From positions 62,001-126,000 of the forward strand of contig JAVECO010000010.1 in the NCBI GenBank assembly GCA_051942205.1: a stretch of DNA of 64,000 nt, read 5' to 3'. The position numbers and the translations under genes were made by a program. The stretch comes from Coniocarpon cinnabarinum. Lineage: Eukaryota. The notes under the pieces are model-generated. The model did not search any database and was not told the DNA's origin. It worked only from the letters and a program-made list of their open reading frames with translations. Shown here one piece after another: positions 35,655 to 48,200 of the stretch (its first letter is position 1; each line of letters begins with the position of its first letter).

Positions 35655-37790
35655 ATGGACAACTCTGAGCCACTCATGCGGGACAAAGCTTTGCCGCAAC
35701 CCTCTCTGACAGCTAGCGACTCAAATGGTGCGCTTGGCGTAGCAGCGAGACCGAGTGTGCGGAACGTTCACACGCAATGGTCGGCTGAAGACAGGCAAGG
35801 CCCGCATCCAAGAAGAGCCGAGAGAAAACGTCATGCTCTACAAGAGATCGGTGGGGGGAACAGGAGTAGACCACATCGGACTCTGTTCACATCTTCAAAG
35901 AACGTCAGTGCTCTGGATTGGCTCGGTACAGATCAAGAGAACGTTGGCAACAGCAGTCCGGATTTAAGTCCCAGCAATGGAGTCGCAGGGCAGGTGCGTG
36001 CCGAGGAGAGTGGATATTCGCAAGCAATAGATGAGGAGTTGCAGCCTTTGTGTGCTCCGGTTCAAGATCTAGGGACGAAACCAGACGGCCTAGCGCAGAT
36101 GCCTCAACTAAACATTGCTCCTCCTAAGACTAGTGTCAGACACCTACGGCAAAGGATCGGGACGTTAGAACATGAGGCAGTCCAGAAGCAACATAAGCTT
36201 GACAGATTGGAGGCTGCTTTGAGAGCCGCCAACAGAGAAATTAGGACCGCGGAACAAGCAAATTATGACCTCGAACGCCGACTGGAATCCATGACTGGTA
36301 TCCTCGCAACCTCGCCCACGAAACTTGATCTGCATGTGCCGACATCCCGCGAGGAACGACGCCGTCAATCACGCTCTGTGACCTCTAAACGCCAGAGTTG
36401 GCAGGCCGTGCTTGCTGCACAATCCGTCGACAGTGGGTTAGTAGACGACACCAATAGCAAAGAAGGCTCCGTCGATGCTTCCGAAGATAGTCAAAGATCT
36501 AGCACAACCCGGTGCAGGGACAGCGGGTACATTAGTGATTTGGCCAGCCCGGCGTCCGAAGCAAGTACGCAATCGGACAGTCCATTCGAATTGAGCTCAA
36601 CAAACTCGATGAGATCCTCGCTGCCCAGTGGCTCCAGGAGCCCAACCCGTTCGAGACCTGCTCGACGGATGCGACGCTTTTATACTGGATCAGCTTGTCA
36701 GTCTCTAATTCTTCCCGCTACTAATAGGACCGAAATGGACTCACATCTACCCAACACGAGCAAAAGTCATCCAAGTGGCACGGAGGGAGACAGAATTTAC
36801 CGCCCAGATCAGCATTGTTCCACCGGCACGTCTTTGCATGATGTTGCTGGTCCGTCTACGTCAGCCACCGTCTCCCCATTCACACGTAGCAGTTTGGACC
36901 TCACGGCTTCAAGCGCTCATTCATCATTATCGTTGGACACCGATAATTGGTACAGCAAGAGCACTTCAAGCACCATCAGCCCATTAGATCACCCTATGCG
37001 CCAAGCGGGTATTCCGAAACTACCCCGTGGCTCGTCACTGGATCGCGAACCTTTCCGAAAATCATTGTCACTCGAGGCCCTTGGCTCATTCCTTCATCCC
37101 CTCCTTTTCCGGCTTCATCTGGCCGCAGCGCAACACCTTCTCTACCACACCTGGCGTGATTTCACTCTTTCGCGTCCGGTCTTAGAGTTTCGACTCTGGC
37201 TCATTCGCGTCTTGCTTGGGCGTTTGCATGGAATTTGCGAGCCGCTCTCACTTACCTCAAGCATGCGACGTCATACCACTTCAACCCCCAGTAGTGGATC
37301 CATCATTGGACTTCGTCTTGCCAACCGTGGCTCACGGCATAGTCCCTCGAGGTGGGATCCTCACAGAGTAGAGCGGGTTCACTCCACATCTCCTGGGAAA
37401 CGTGGGGATCTTGATGCAACGCCGAAGGCCCGCAGGATAGGTCCAGATCTTGCTGCAGGTGATGCTGATAGTCGATCGAGCGCCAATATAGAACCCTGTG
37501 GGCCCGATCTGGGCCATGCATGTTTTTCTCCGCGCTATGGGCGTTTTGAAGGTCCTGCTGTTCACACACCAGGAAGGTCACGATTAGCTCCCGACCATCA
37601 ATCACGGGACATCTCTGAGGCTTGGGAAGTAAGCTCGCGCGACTTGGAGTTAACTCGAGCTTGCACGCCCTACTTGCCCCCAGCATTCGGATGGCTTAAA
37701 TTTTCGTTCACCATGATGATGGCTATAGGTATTGCTATGCTGGATGGGCCGACGGCCGTGTTGGAACGTTGTGAAGGTTGCAGGAGGTGA
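35655..37790 (+). CDS. Coiled-coil, Ser-rich protein with a C-terminal hydrophobic segment (711 aa)
   Basis: Uninterrupted ORF; heptads (LRQRIGTLEHE...LERRLE); terminal WLKFSFTMMMAIGIAMLDGP. Confidence 0.85.
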   Translation: MDNSEPLMRDKALPQPSLTASDSNGALGVAARPSVRNVHTQWSAEDRQGPHPRRAERKRHALQEIGGGNRSRPHRTLFTSSKNVSALDWLGTDQENVGNSSPDLSPSNGVAGQVRAEESGYSQAIDEELQPLCAPVQDLGTKPDGLAQMPQLNIAPPKTSVRHLRQRIGTLEHEAVQKQHKLDRLEAALRAANREIRTAEQANYDLERRLESMTGILATSPTKLDLHVPTSREERRRQSRSVTSKRQSWQAVLAAQSVDSGLVDDTNSKEGSVDASEDSQRSSTTRCRDSGYISDLASPASEASTQSDSPFELSSTNSMRSSLPSGSRSPTRSRPARRMRRFYTGSACQSLILPATNRTEMDSHLPNTSKSHPSGTEGDRIYRPDQHCSTGTSLHDVAGPSTSATVSPFTRSSLDLTASSAHSSLSLDTDNWYSKSTSSTISPLDHPMRQAGIPKLPRGSSLDREPFRKSLSLEALGSFLHPLLFRLHLAAAQHLLYHTWRDFTLSRPVLEFRLWLIRVLLGRLHGICEPLSLTSSMRRHTTSTPSSGSIIGLRLANRGSRHSPSRWDPHRVERVHSTSPGKRGDLDATPKARRIGPDLAAGDADSRSSANIEPCGPDLGHACFSPRYGRFEGPAVHTPGRSRLAPDHQSRDISEAWEVSSRDLELTRACTPYLPPAFGWLKFSFTMMMAIGIAMLDGPTAVLERCEGCRR

Positions 37791-38002
37791 CTGATCTCAA
37801 AACCCTCCTTGCAGCACCATCCGGTCCAGTTGCAAGTCTTCAAAATGATGACTGAATATAACGAGATCTTAACGTACGACGGTTATAACGAACATTAGAT
37901 GTGATTTTTGCACTAGCTTCAAGCGAAACACGTTCATAGATTAGCCCTGCTTGCAGACACGAATGCGTTGACGCAAAGCTTCGAGTGTCCTTGGCTTCTT
38001 CT

Positions 38003-39078
38003 CTAGAGTGACATGTTTTTCCACTTCTTCAACCCACACAGAGTTGTCGATTCCAATTGACAATCCGAGCATTTTCGTACATGTTCATCCTTGAACCGTT
38101 CCACTTGCTGCCTCCTTCTCGTCCTATCATCCAATTTCGAGTCGGAGGCTCGAGTTATGGAAGTCCCGTTCAGCGTTCCGATCCGCTGCACGCAAAAGCA
38201 GCGTGGACACGTCAGGCGCGTCGGCCCTTCCACTACTTCCTGCAAAACATAGCGCTGGAGAACGGGGTTTGTATTGAAGAGCGATTGGAACAATGGTGAA
38301 GAACGGATGTGATGATAGTGATCTGCAAGGACCTCAAAGATTGGTCTACAAGCTGCAGATAGATCTATTAGCTGGTTTCGCTAGAATCAGAAAACAGGGC
38401 AAGACAAACCCTTTGAGTCGCCGTTGCGATGCGCGATTTGATATAGCATTGCTAAACCGTCGACGAATGCTTTGTCTTCTCGCAAACGCGCAATGTCGAC
38501 TTTGGGGTTGTTTGTCTCTTCATATACCATGATACAGTCCTTGTCACAGATGAAAAGGTGCTGGATTATTTGAATTTCGATACCCTGAAACCGTTAGGGA
38601 TTTTGCAATGTAAGGACGATATGGCTCGGTACCGACCTTGACTTGAAATCGATCTGCAAGAGCGAGGATGGCAATGTCACGGTCGAAGTATTTCTGTATA
38701 GCTCATCAGCACGTGGCCTTAAATGACAATAGCTCGCAGCGACCGCGAAGCACACACGTGATGATAGGCGTTCCACTCCTTCAGATTTTTCGAATCCTGA
38801 ACAATGGCTTTGAGGTCATACGCGTCCGTGTACATGATTTGCAAGAGCCCCTTCAAAGAGTCCAGGTCAACCTCATCCTCCAAAGTAAGCTCATTACTAC
38901 TGTTCTCTTCGTATTGGTCGCTTGAGGTGCTCGAGAAGAGAGTCTTGAAATAGTCGCTTCGGAGTTGGAGAACAAATTTGTGAACACGCAGCGCTTCGCC
39001 TTGACAGTGTATCGTGAAATCCGCACCTTCACCCGAAGTAAGGAGTTTTCGCATCGTGGATCTTGTCGAGACGTCCAT
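38003..39078 (-). CDS. BTB/POZ protein with C-terminal CxxC...CxxC (~300 aa), paralog A
   Basis: ADFTIHCQGEALRVHKFVLQLRSDYF and LADRFQV. Introns 38694-38757, 38585-38636 and 38353-38409. Confidence 0.85.
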
Positions 39079-39940
39079 GTCCGATGCGTGTGAAAAGTTC
39101 TACAGCTGTAGAAAATTTCTGAAAAGTGAGCCCAGAGAGTGACATCAAGTGCTGTGCGTGGATTGCGAGAAATGAGCGGCAGTTATGGGGTGCGTAGAAT
39201 CGCAAATAATCTCCGCACCACCTAATAAAATTTAATGTCACGATCTATCAGGCTCTGCCGTTAAGGGAAGTTGCGCTTCGCAAAGGGTTATTATTGCTCT
39301 CGTAAAAGGTGATCAATCGGGTTGGTCGAGCGTTGCAGGATGGCTTTCCGTCCCAGTTCATGGAGATATTTTTGCCTGCTTTGCAGCTCTAACTAACTTC
39401 CCAAACATTCCTGCATTCCTTGTTCTAAGGTTTTGAGCGGAGGTACGATCTTGTCTAGACGAGTTTTGGGGCTCACAAGAGGCGGCTTTCGAGTTGCACC
39501 AACATGTGGGTGGAACGCATAGCATGTTTGCTACTCCACTTCTACTTCCCCAGATCACAGCACCTATGATACCAGTCTTTCATCTTCATCGCACTGATTT
39601 TGGCATTCTCTTTAGACGATTATCAATTCTCGAAAGATTTGAAGCCTTTATTTTGTTCGTTGCTTGTTGCATGTTCACAGCGCAGTACCTACTTCATTTC
39701 ATCAAAGTGCTATCATTTCGTATGAAGCTATCGTTCTATTGCGCATCGTTGGCAGTCATACCAGCAGTATCTAAGCTCTCTTGATTGGTTGTTCAAGCTG
39801 TTCAAAATAGCAGAAATGCTACGTGATTGCCTTTAAATCTCTTGACCTCTCCAGAAGTCTCACATCTGCATCAAGTAGTGGGCGGGACTTGCAGCATCCT
39901 CTCTGCTGCCCTTTTCTTCCATGATGATGACTATAGCATG

Positions 39941-41005
39941 TCATTCTCTTCCGCCAACCCTTCGCCATTCGATGATCCAATCTGTGACCCCTCCCGTCAC
40001 GTATTCACATTCCTTGCAGTACTTCTCGTCTCTTCTATCACGCTTGAAGAGGTCACGGGCTTGCACTCGTTTGATCAGATGGCATTCAGGACACATAAGC
40101 CGAAGAGGTCCATGCAGCACTTCGAGCTTGATAGCATCCTCCAGGGTGTTGAACTTGTCGAAGAGACGTTCCCGCACGTTGCTGTTGCGATGCAGGAAAT
40201 GAAAGTGATCCGCGAAAAACCGTGTAAGAGAGTTCATTGCTAGTGAGAATAGTCAGCCCCACAAACTCAGGCGACTCAAGTAATATGCTGCCACAATGTC
40301 TCACCGCGTGTACTCTCGCTATGCACTGCATTATGCAATAAATCCGCCATGCGATCGAGGAAATCGTTATCAGTTCGTAGGTGAAAGCGATGTGGTGCGT
40401 CCAATGAACGCTTTTCTTCCCAGACCTCATCCAATTCGAAAACGCTGTAGTGATATAGTTCGAGACTGTCAAACAAGTTCCAGATGACCACGTCATCTAT
40501 GCCCTGCGCTTGCTTGTCAGCGCTCCTGTCTCGGATGCACGCAAAACGCGTGCTGGGTCCTCCGTCTCGATCACAGCTTCGAAAGAGTCTTACTTTGACT
40601 AGGAAACGATTGCCCAGACTCGAAACCTGTAAGTGAAGCTAGCAAGAGATTTGGTAAATGCCCCCTTGACTTTTCGCGGCAACATACCTCAAACATGTCC
40701 CCGGGCTCCATGTCGCCGGTTGTGACTCGTAGCGTGTATCTATCCATATACAACACCTGAAGTAGAGCATCCAAGGCGTCCGGGCTGATTTCAGAATCAT
40801 CTAAAGCGAGTTCTGACTTGACGTTCTCGGTGAGTTCAGAGTGGTTGAACATCGCTCTGAAATATTGGCCACGCATCTGAAGCACAAATTTGTGTACTTT
40901 GCGGATTTCACCGTGGCACCTGATTGTAAAGTCAGAATCAGTTCCATTCCTGAGCAAATCTGCCATTGTTGTTGACAGCGCGTGCCGCCCGGTCATGGAT
41001 CCCAT
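39941..41005 (-). CDS. BTB/POZ protein with C-terminal CxxC...CxxC (~282 aa), paralog B
   Basis: SDFTIRCHGEIRKVHKFVLQMRGQYF. Introns 40627-40687, 40504-40593 and 40240-40304. Confidence 0.85.
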
Positions 41006-44000
41006 CTTGTTGGAAGCATTGAGTGGTTATTTGGAGGACACAGAAACTAAGATCAAAGGCAGAAATTATGTAGGCTGTACTGGAAGAACCGCGCGGTGTC
41101 GTCATCTTGCCTTGCCGAATGTGAGGTGTCAGGTGTAGAGTGGGTAGGCAGACCGTGAGATACAGCTGGGCTCAGGTGACATTTACTAAGCCTAGAAGGC
41201 AAAGTGGGCTGCTGGAGCTTGGCAAGCAATGATGAACCTCAACTTCGTTCGTATTCAAAAAGCTCATACAAATGTGACGGATAAAGCAGCATGGTTTGAT
41301 GGACAGCTCGGCGTGGTCAGGACGAGGGTCAAAATCTTAAGCTTATAGCAAGTGCGCTATGCACATGAAGGTTTTTACATATTTTTGCTTAAGAAGAGCG
41401 ATATTCGTTGAAGTGTACGATTGCTTTGAAACATCACAGCCTTGCTCGAGCAATGGACTGTACGACTTTCACGACCCTAGCCATTTCAAGACATGCACCG
41501 AGCTGTCAGGCCAATTTGTTATCCCGGAATCTTCGAGGCGACGGTGCCGGATATTTTCGGGACGTTGAAACCGTGATCTCGCATGGATGTTGCTGGCACC
41601 GGCTGTCGAAGCCTAAACGTTCACCTGGCATTTGGAACGGTAGCGCAGAAGCTAGCCAACGCGTCAAAAGTTCGGAGCTGGGCTGAGCGATTTGAGAGTG
41701 CGGGAATCGCACAGGTGGTGTGTTCGTTCTCTGCCTATGTTCAATGGATGCCAATTGCACGGCGAGCCATTTGCCCCTGGCCGGAGCAACTTTGCTTCCG
41801 GTGCGAGGAGGTCACGTGGCTTTGGCTTGGTCATGTGATCTCGTAAGAGCGGAAGCTCTCGATGTCTGATTTTCACGTGCGCAAACGGCATCGATCTCAC
41901 TACAATGCATGCATGTGGCTCGGCGGGATCTTTTCAGCTGGACGTCAATCATCCTGTTTGCATACACCATCATCACTGAGCATCTCGTCTGCTTTGTTAT
42001 CCCAATCGACAGCCGAGCCAGATTTGGTTTTACCGTCAGCGCATGCCCCTTCTCCACGCCATTCTCCGATGGGACCGCTGAGGAGAGCCGATCCGCCAAA
42101 CTCTGCATCAGAACGCCAGCCGAGCGGCAGTGCCTGTGCTTCAAGGCTCAATTGCATGACACTCCGCAATTCACGCGTGCGGCTCTGACAACGGTCAGGG
42201 TCCGTTCTAGTATCTCAACTGATATCCTCAAACCTCAATGTGTCTCGTGCACAGCGGCGTCCACATCCACATTCCCATCTTCTCCACAAGCTGCAGTTGA
42301 CCGTCAGATAGAGTCAGAAACAACCGCGAACAGAGCCTCGCTAACACCAGATCGCTCATGACTGCTTTGACAGCATGACGTGATTTATCACTCAACAGTA
42401 CTCAAGACACGGTCATCCACGCTGACTGACAAGGGACGTGCTGTCAACCTTCGCTGCTCTCGTCGATTTCTACTTTGCCCATTGCGCGCATTTCTTGTCA
42501 CAGCTTGATTGCGCTCAAATCGACGACTGCTGTTGCCTGGACATGTATCTGAGCCGCCACCGTGTGTCGCTGATGGCAGCAAATAGAGCCAGCTATCAAA
42601 AGTGTGCTTTGGCAGCTGCAGGGAGCTCCAGCAGTCGTGCGCTTGCCGCAATTCTCCAATGCCCCGGATGGCCCCAAATGTTGCCTGCACGTTTGATTAG
42701 TTAATCCATATCAGCCCCAAAGACTGGCTTCGAGTCCTCCAGACTTTCCTTCACCATCGCACTGCAGTCCATTTAGCGAACCTAAACCGTAGTGATCGGA
42801 TTTCATTCAGAGGACAGCCCTAAGCAATCTTTGCTTAAGTCACCTATTCATGTTGCCAACAAGTGGCGTGATCCGTCAAAGACCATATCGAGAGCGAATT
42901 TGATGCGCAGAAATCATGCACCTGCATGCAAACACAGCTGTTCGCAGTACATGATAATCAGCACGTCTGGACACTATCAGAGATTTTTTCCGTAATCATC
43001 ATAGTCTTTTCGGGTCATCGACATTCCAACAGGTCATTGACATGCTGATCTGCGCCGTGCCCCTCTTGCCGTCCTAATGAGACTCACTGGTATCCTGCGT
43101 GTCGTGAGTGATTTCGCCGAGACGACACTGGGCGAATGGGCGCTCGTGGTTTGTGTGCGTAATATCAGCACACTCATAGTTCCTGCGCTGAGTAAAGAGT
43201 CTTAACAATGAGCATTAGGAGGCATATTCTGCGAGGAGGCGTGTTCAATCTCCTTGAGCGTGCGCAGCAAGAGTAACCCACCCACGCCTGCTCTTAGACA
43301 TGCGATGTGGATCTCATACATATCCTAGTTAGAGATGAGATAAGTCCAAAGCTATCAATGCTCATAGCTCTGAGTCCAACACCAATCAATGGGCTTTTCA
43401 TTTCCGTTGTGAGCCGTCGCGTCAGGCCACAGTTTGCGAGTTTCTCAAGACTCAACAGTCCTCAAGCAAAACGTAGCTGACTGCATTGTGCTACAAAAAT
43501 GATCTAATACACAAGAGGTCGACTAGGTCTTCCCGCGCTCCTACGCGGCAAAGTATTGACAAGTGTAGATACATTTTGGAGATGGGCGTGGAGTGCTTAC
43601 CCACGTACTTGGCAGGGTAACGACAAAAAGTCGCATCCGTGCAGGCATGTTTTGTCTCGTTTGACAGCGGCGTTCCCCCTACATTACTCTGAATGCGACC
43701 CCGTCGCTTGCTGCTGTCCTCCCTAGAAATTCTCTTGCCGGATGCATCGCAGAGGGACAAGCTTTACCAGGACCCACTCCACTCGCCAACGCATGGACAG
43801 ATGCGATACATCATGCCTGAGAAGGCCAGATCCGGCGTTCACCCGTACCATGTAATCCTCCACTTCAACGACTTGCGTTGTACTCAAGACTGGGCACAGA
43901 GGAACGCAGTAAACTGCATACCGGCATTGCCATCCTCTGCAAACGGCTCACAACAAGACAAGCGTCCGGGTCTGACATTGCCGTCAACCTAGTTCGCGTT

Positions 44001-45284
44001 GACCACACATCGTTCAAGAGGGAGCTCGCGACAGGATGAATGACAGAAGATGAAGTCAGATCAAAGCCAGATCAAAGCCACTGCCGAGACGTTACCGGCC
44101 TTGGGATGATAAGATCTAGAGACGCACGTGAAGGAACCCACACCCTTGTCGGCCTTCGTTGGGGAGAAGCCGGCATCCCCAAACATTTCCCGAGACTCAA
44201 CCTCCGTCTCGTCCCCTGAATGCGAGTTCCGCTGAATGCTGCTGACCCTCGATGCGATGATACTCTCCCATCTCGTCTCTGTTCAACACGGTTGCGGGCT
44301 GGGTGGTGTCTGTGTCGCCGGTAACGAAAGCCAAGAGATAGTCCACCAGAATTTCGTGTGGATACGATCCAGCCCGCCCTCTGACCTAAGCACTTCCATC
44401 GAATGGTTTGCAATCACTGCATTCACTGTGCTCCATGGCTAGCTTGTATGCACTTACTGCATGCATGAATGTAGGCACATCGCGGGGCAAAGCAACGGCA
44501 ACTGTATGAGAATGTAGGTGAGGGGCGAAATCTATGCATATCCGACTACGTCTAGGACACACCGACCAGGCTGTGGGTATGCGTCTGATCTCCATTGCTC
44601 CACCCGTGGCGCTCTCCGTTTTCAATGGTGATGGTAACACCATATTCCGAAAGGCTATTCCATTTTCATCCCGTGAAGCAAGTCAGCATCCACGGTTCAG
44701 GGCCTCGGATGCAAGACGCCTTAGCGTCCAGATCTCGTTTTGGTGATTTTCATCCCATATGCGACAAGACGTTTTGCTAATCGAATCATTCATATATGGA
44801 ACCCCCGTCCCCAGGATGCAGCAATCGAATCATCATATCATCCCCATACCGACACCGGTCTTGCAGTAGTCACATTAGCTTCTCCTGCGTTTTTATTCTC
44901 TATTCTTTATTCTCCTCACTTTCAATTCACCTGCTTAGTTGCCTTAAGCCCTGCCCAGGCTTAGAGCATACACGTTTCTATTCTCCACGAACTCTCAAAG
45001 TCGACTGCCCACGACTTTAGAAGTTCATCCAATTTCAGAGGTTCACCTAACATTACAGGTTCACCCACCGTTACCGATTTCAAGCAAATAACAAAGACCT
45101 GGTTGTCATCAACAAAGCATAGCACCTCGACTCGAACAGTCCTGATTTGCCGCCCACAAATCAGCTCGTTCGAATACCTGACAAAGAAAGCCCCTCCCCG
45201 AGCTTTTAAGCAACTAGACTTTCCGCATTCGGATTCCTCGACTTCTCCAGTACGCCTTACGTCCAGCCAATCAACCAGCTCAAG

Positions 45285-48200
45285 ATGGACGTTCTCCTGT
45301 TCGGCGATCACACCGCTGATCAGTACCCCTTGTTGCATTATGCAGTCCACAGCAAGGACAATGCTGTGCTCAGCACGTTTCTGGAACGCGTGAGCGTCGC
45401 TCTGCGTGAAGAGACGCGCAAGCTGCCGAAGGCTCGCCGCGAGCTGATTCCGGACTTCTTGCGCGTGGGCGACTTGCTGGAACACTACTACCAGCGAGCC
45501 GTGAAGGTGCCAGAGCTTGAGAGCGCAATTGTCACCATTGCGCAGCTGGCACACTATCTTGGGTGAGTGCTTTCGGGTGGCGCGCACCATTCATGAAGCT
45601 AACGCGAATCATCAATACAGATACTTTGAGCAGCACACCTCTGAAATACCTGTTCTCACCAACACTCGCTCTGTTGGACTTTGCACTGGTCTGCTAGCTG
45701 CAGCTGCAGTGTCAAGTGCAAGATCGCTCAGCGAGCTCATTCCTATTGCTGTTGAGTGCGTTAGGATTGCCTTTCGCGTTGGTAAAACAGTCGGCACTGC
45801 GCGAGATGCTCTCGACATTGGCACGGATGCCCAGGCTTCCTGGTCCACAATTGTCACCAACACCAATCTCGAGGCGGCACAGGCTGCACTTGATTCGTTC
45901 CATCAAGACGCAGGTGTACCTGTGGCCAATCAGGCTTACGTGAGTGCTGTCAGTATCGTGGCTGTTACAATTACTGGACCGCCATCCACGACCAAGCGCT
46001 TATTTCAACAATCTGCCGCCTTCCAAAACTCTCAACGCGTACCCGTACCCGTCTATGCTCCTTACCATGCTGCTCACCTCTATTCAGAGGCTGACATCCG
46101 CGCGGTCATTGACGAGCAGTCTCGAGACTTGCTCCAGCAGTTCCAGCCTCTGGGTCTCGTTCACTCCGCGTCTTCCGGAATGAACTTTACCGCAAGCAAC
46201 GCACTTGAGCTTGTTGAGCAGCTTGTCCTGGAGATCTTCTGTTATCCCGTGCGATGGGATCGTCTCCTCGAAGAGCTCGTTTCGGAAATTACCTCGCTTA
46301 GCCATACTCAGTGCCATGTTCGTGCACTCGGAATCACCAATGTCACCGCGAGTCTCGTTTCCGCTCTCAAGGCAGGTGGACAACAGTCCATCTCGGTCAT
46401 GGACCATACATCATGGAAATCTGACGACAAGTACAATGGTCGCACTCAAAATGACAAGATTGCCATCGTCGGCATGTCTGGGCGTTTCCCCAATGCTGCG
46501 ACTCACGAAGCGCTTTGGGATCTGCTCATGAAAGGCCTCGATGTTCACAAGGAGGTGCCTAAGGATCGCTTCGATGCCCAGACACACTGTGACCCATCAG
46601 GAAAGGGTAAGAACAAGAGCCACACGCCATATGGCTGCTTCATCGACGAGCCTGGTCTTTTCGACCCTCGATTTTTCAACATGTCTCCGCGCGAGGCCGC
46701 TCAGACAGATCCCATGGGCCGACTGGCTCTTACGACGGCGTATGAAGCTCTTGAAATGTCTGGTTACGTTCCTAATCGGACCCCTTCGACCAAGCTGAAC
46801 CGTATTGGGACATTCTATGGTCAGACATCTGATGACTGGCGTGAGATTAATGCTGCCGAAAATGTGGATACTTACTTCATCACCGGGGGTGTGCGGGCCT
46901 TTGCTCCTGGCCGGATCAACTACTACTTCAAGTTCAGTGGCCCATCCTTCAGTGTTGACACGGCTTGCTCTTCGAGTCTGGCTGCTATTCAGCTTGCGTG
47001 TACATCGCTATGGGCTGGCGACTGTGATACTGCCTGCGCGGGCGGCCTCAACGTCTTGACCAACCCCGATATTTTCTCTGGTCTCAGCAAGGGGCAGTTT
47101 CTGTCAAAGACTGGTTCCTGCAAGACTTACGACAATGACGCCGATGGCTACTGTCGTGGCGACAGCTGCGCCAGTGTTATTCTCAAACGCTACGAAGACG
47201 CTGTGAAAGACAAGGACCACATTCTTGGCTCGATCCTTGCAACCGGCACCAACCACTCAGCCGAAGCTGTCTCCATCACCCATCCTCATGCCGGCGCCCA
47301 AGAATTCTTGTACAAGAAGATTCTTGCTGATGCTGGTAGAGATGCTCATGACGTTAGCTATGTCGAGATGCACGGCACTGGCACGCAAGCAGGCGATGGC
47401 ATTGAAATGACATCGGTCACCAATGCCTTTGCTCCGCCGCACCGTCGACGCCGTCCAGATCAGCCTTTGCGCCTTGGAGCGATTAAGGCGAACATTGGCC
47501 ATGGCGAAGCCGCCTCAGGTATCAGTGCTTTGGTCAAGGTTCTGATGATCATGCGTGAAAGCCAAATCCCGCCCAACGTCGGCATCAAGGGTGTCATGAA
47601 CAAAACGTTCCCATCCGACTTGGGAGAGCGCAATGTTCACATTCCTCAGCAAGCTGTGCCTCTTCCACGCAACGGTGCCGACAAGCGTCTCATCTTCCTC
47701 AACAACTTCTCAGCTGCTGGTGGCAACACTGCTGCCCTCCTTGAGGATGGCCCGCTACGCACGACACCTTTGGCAAAGGATCCTAGAAGTCACCAAATTG
47801 TCACTGTCACGGCAAGAGCTATTGCGTCCCTGAAGAGAAACATCACTAACCTGCTGGAGTACCTTAGCAAGCATCCGCAAACCGATTTGTCAAGCTTGGC
47901 ATACACGACAACTGCTCGGCGCATTCAACACAACTATCGTGTTTCGTTCTCGGTAAGCGACATTGCCAAGGTGCCTGAAGCACTGAATGCACAGATCAAG
48001 GACAGCTACAGCCCTATTGCGATGGTGCCGACGTCAACTGCATTTGTTTTCACCGGTCAAGGTTCTCAATATACTGGCCTGGGTCAAGTGCTGTACGACC
48101 ATCTCAAAGCATTCCGTGATGACATTGACGAATTGAACAAGCTGGCTGTCAGTCAGGGACTTCCATCGTTCATGCCATTGCTTGCTGGCGCGGATGTGAC

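Noticed and set aside
39494..39920. Weak similarity between ~39494-39525 and ~39866-39897
   Set aside because: About 21 of 31 identities over a short stretch; could be chance.
42725..42745. TTCGAGTCC, resembling a tRNA T-loop
   Set aside because: No acceptor, D or anticodon arms around it.
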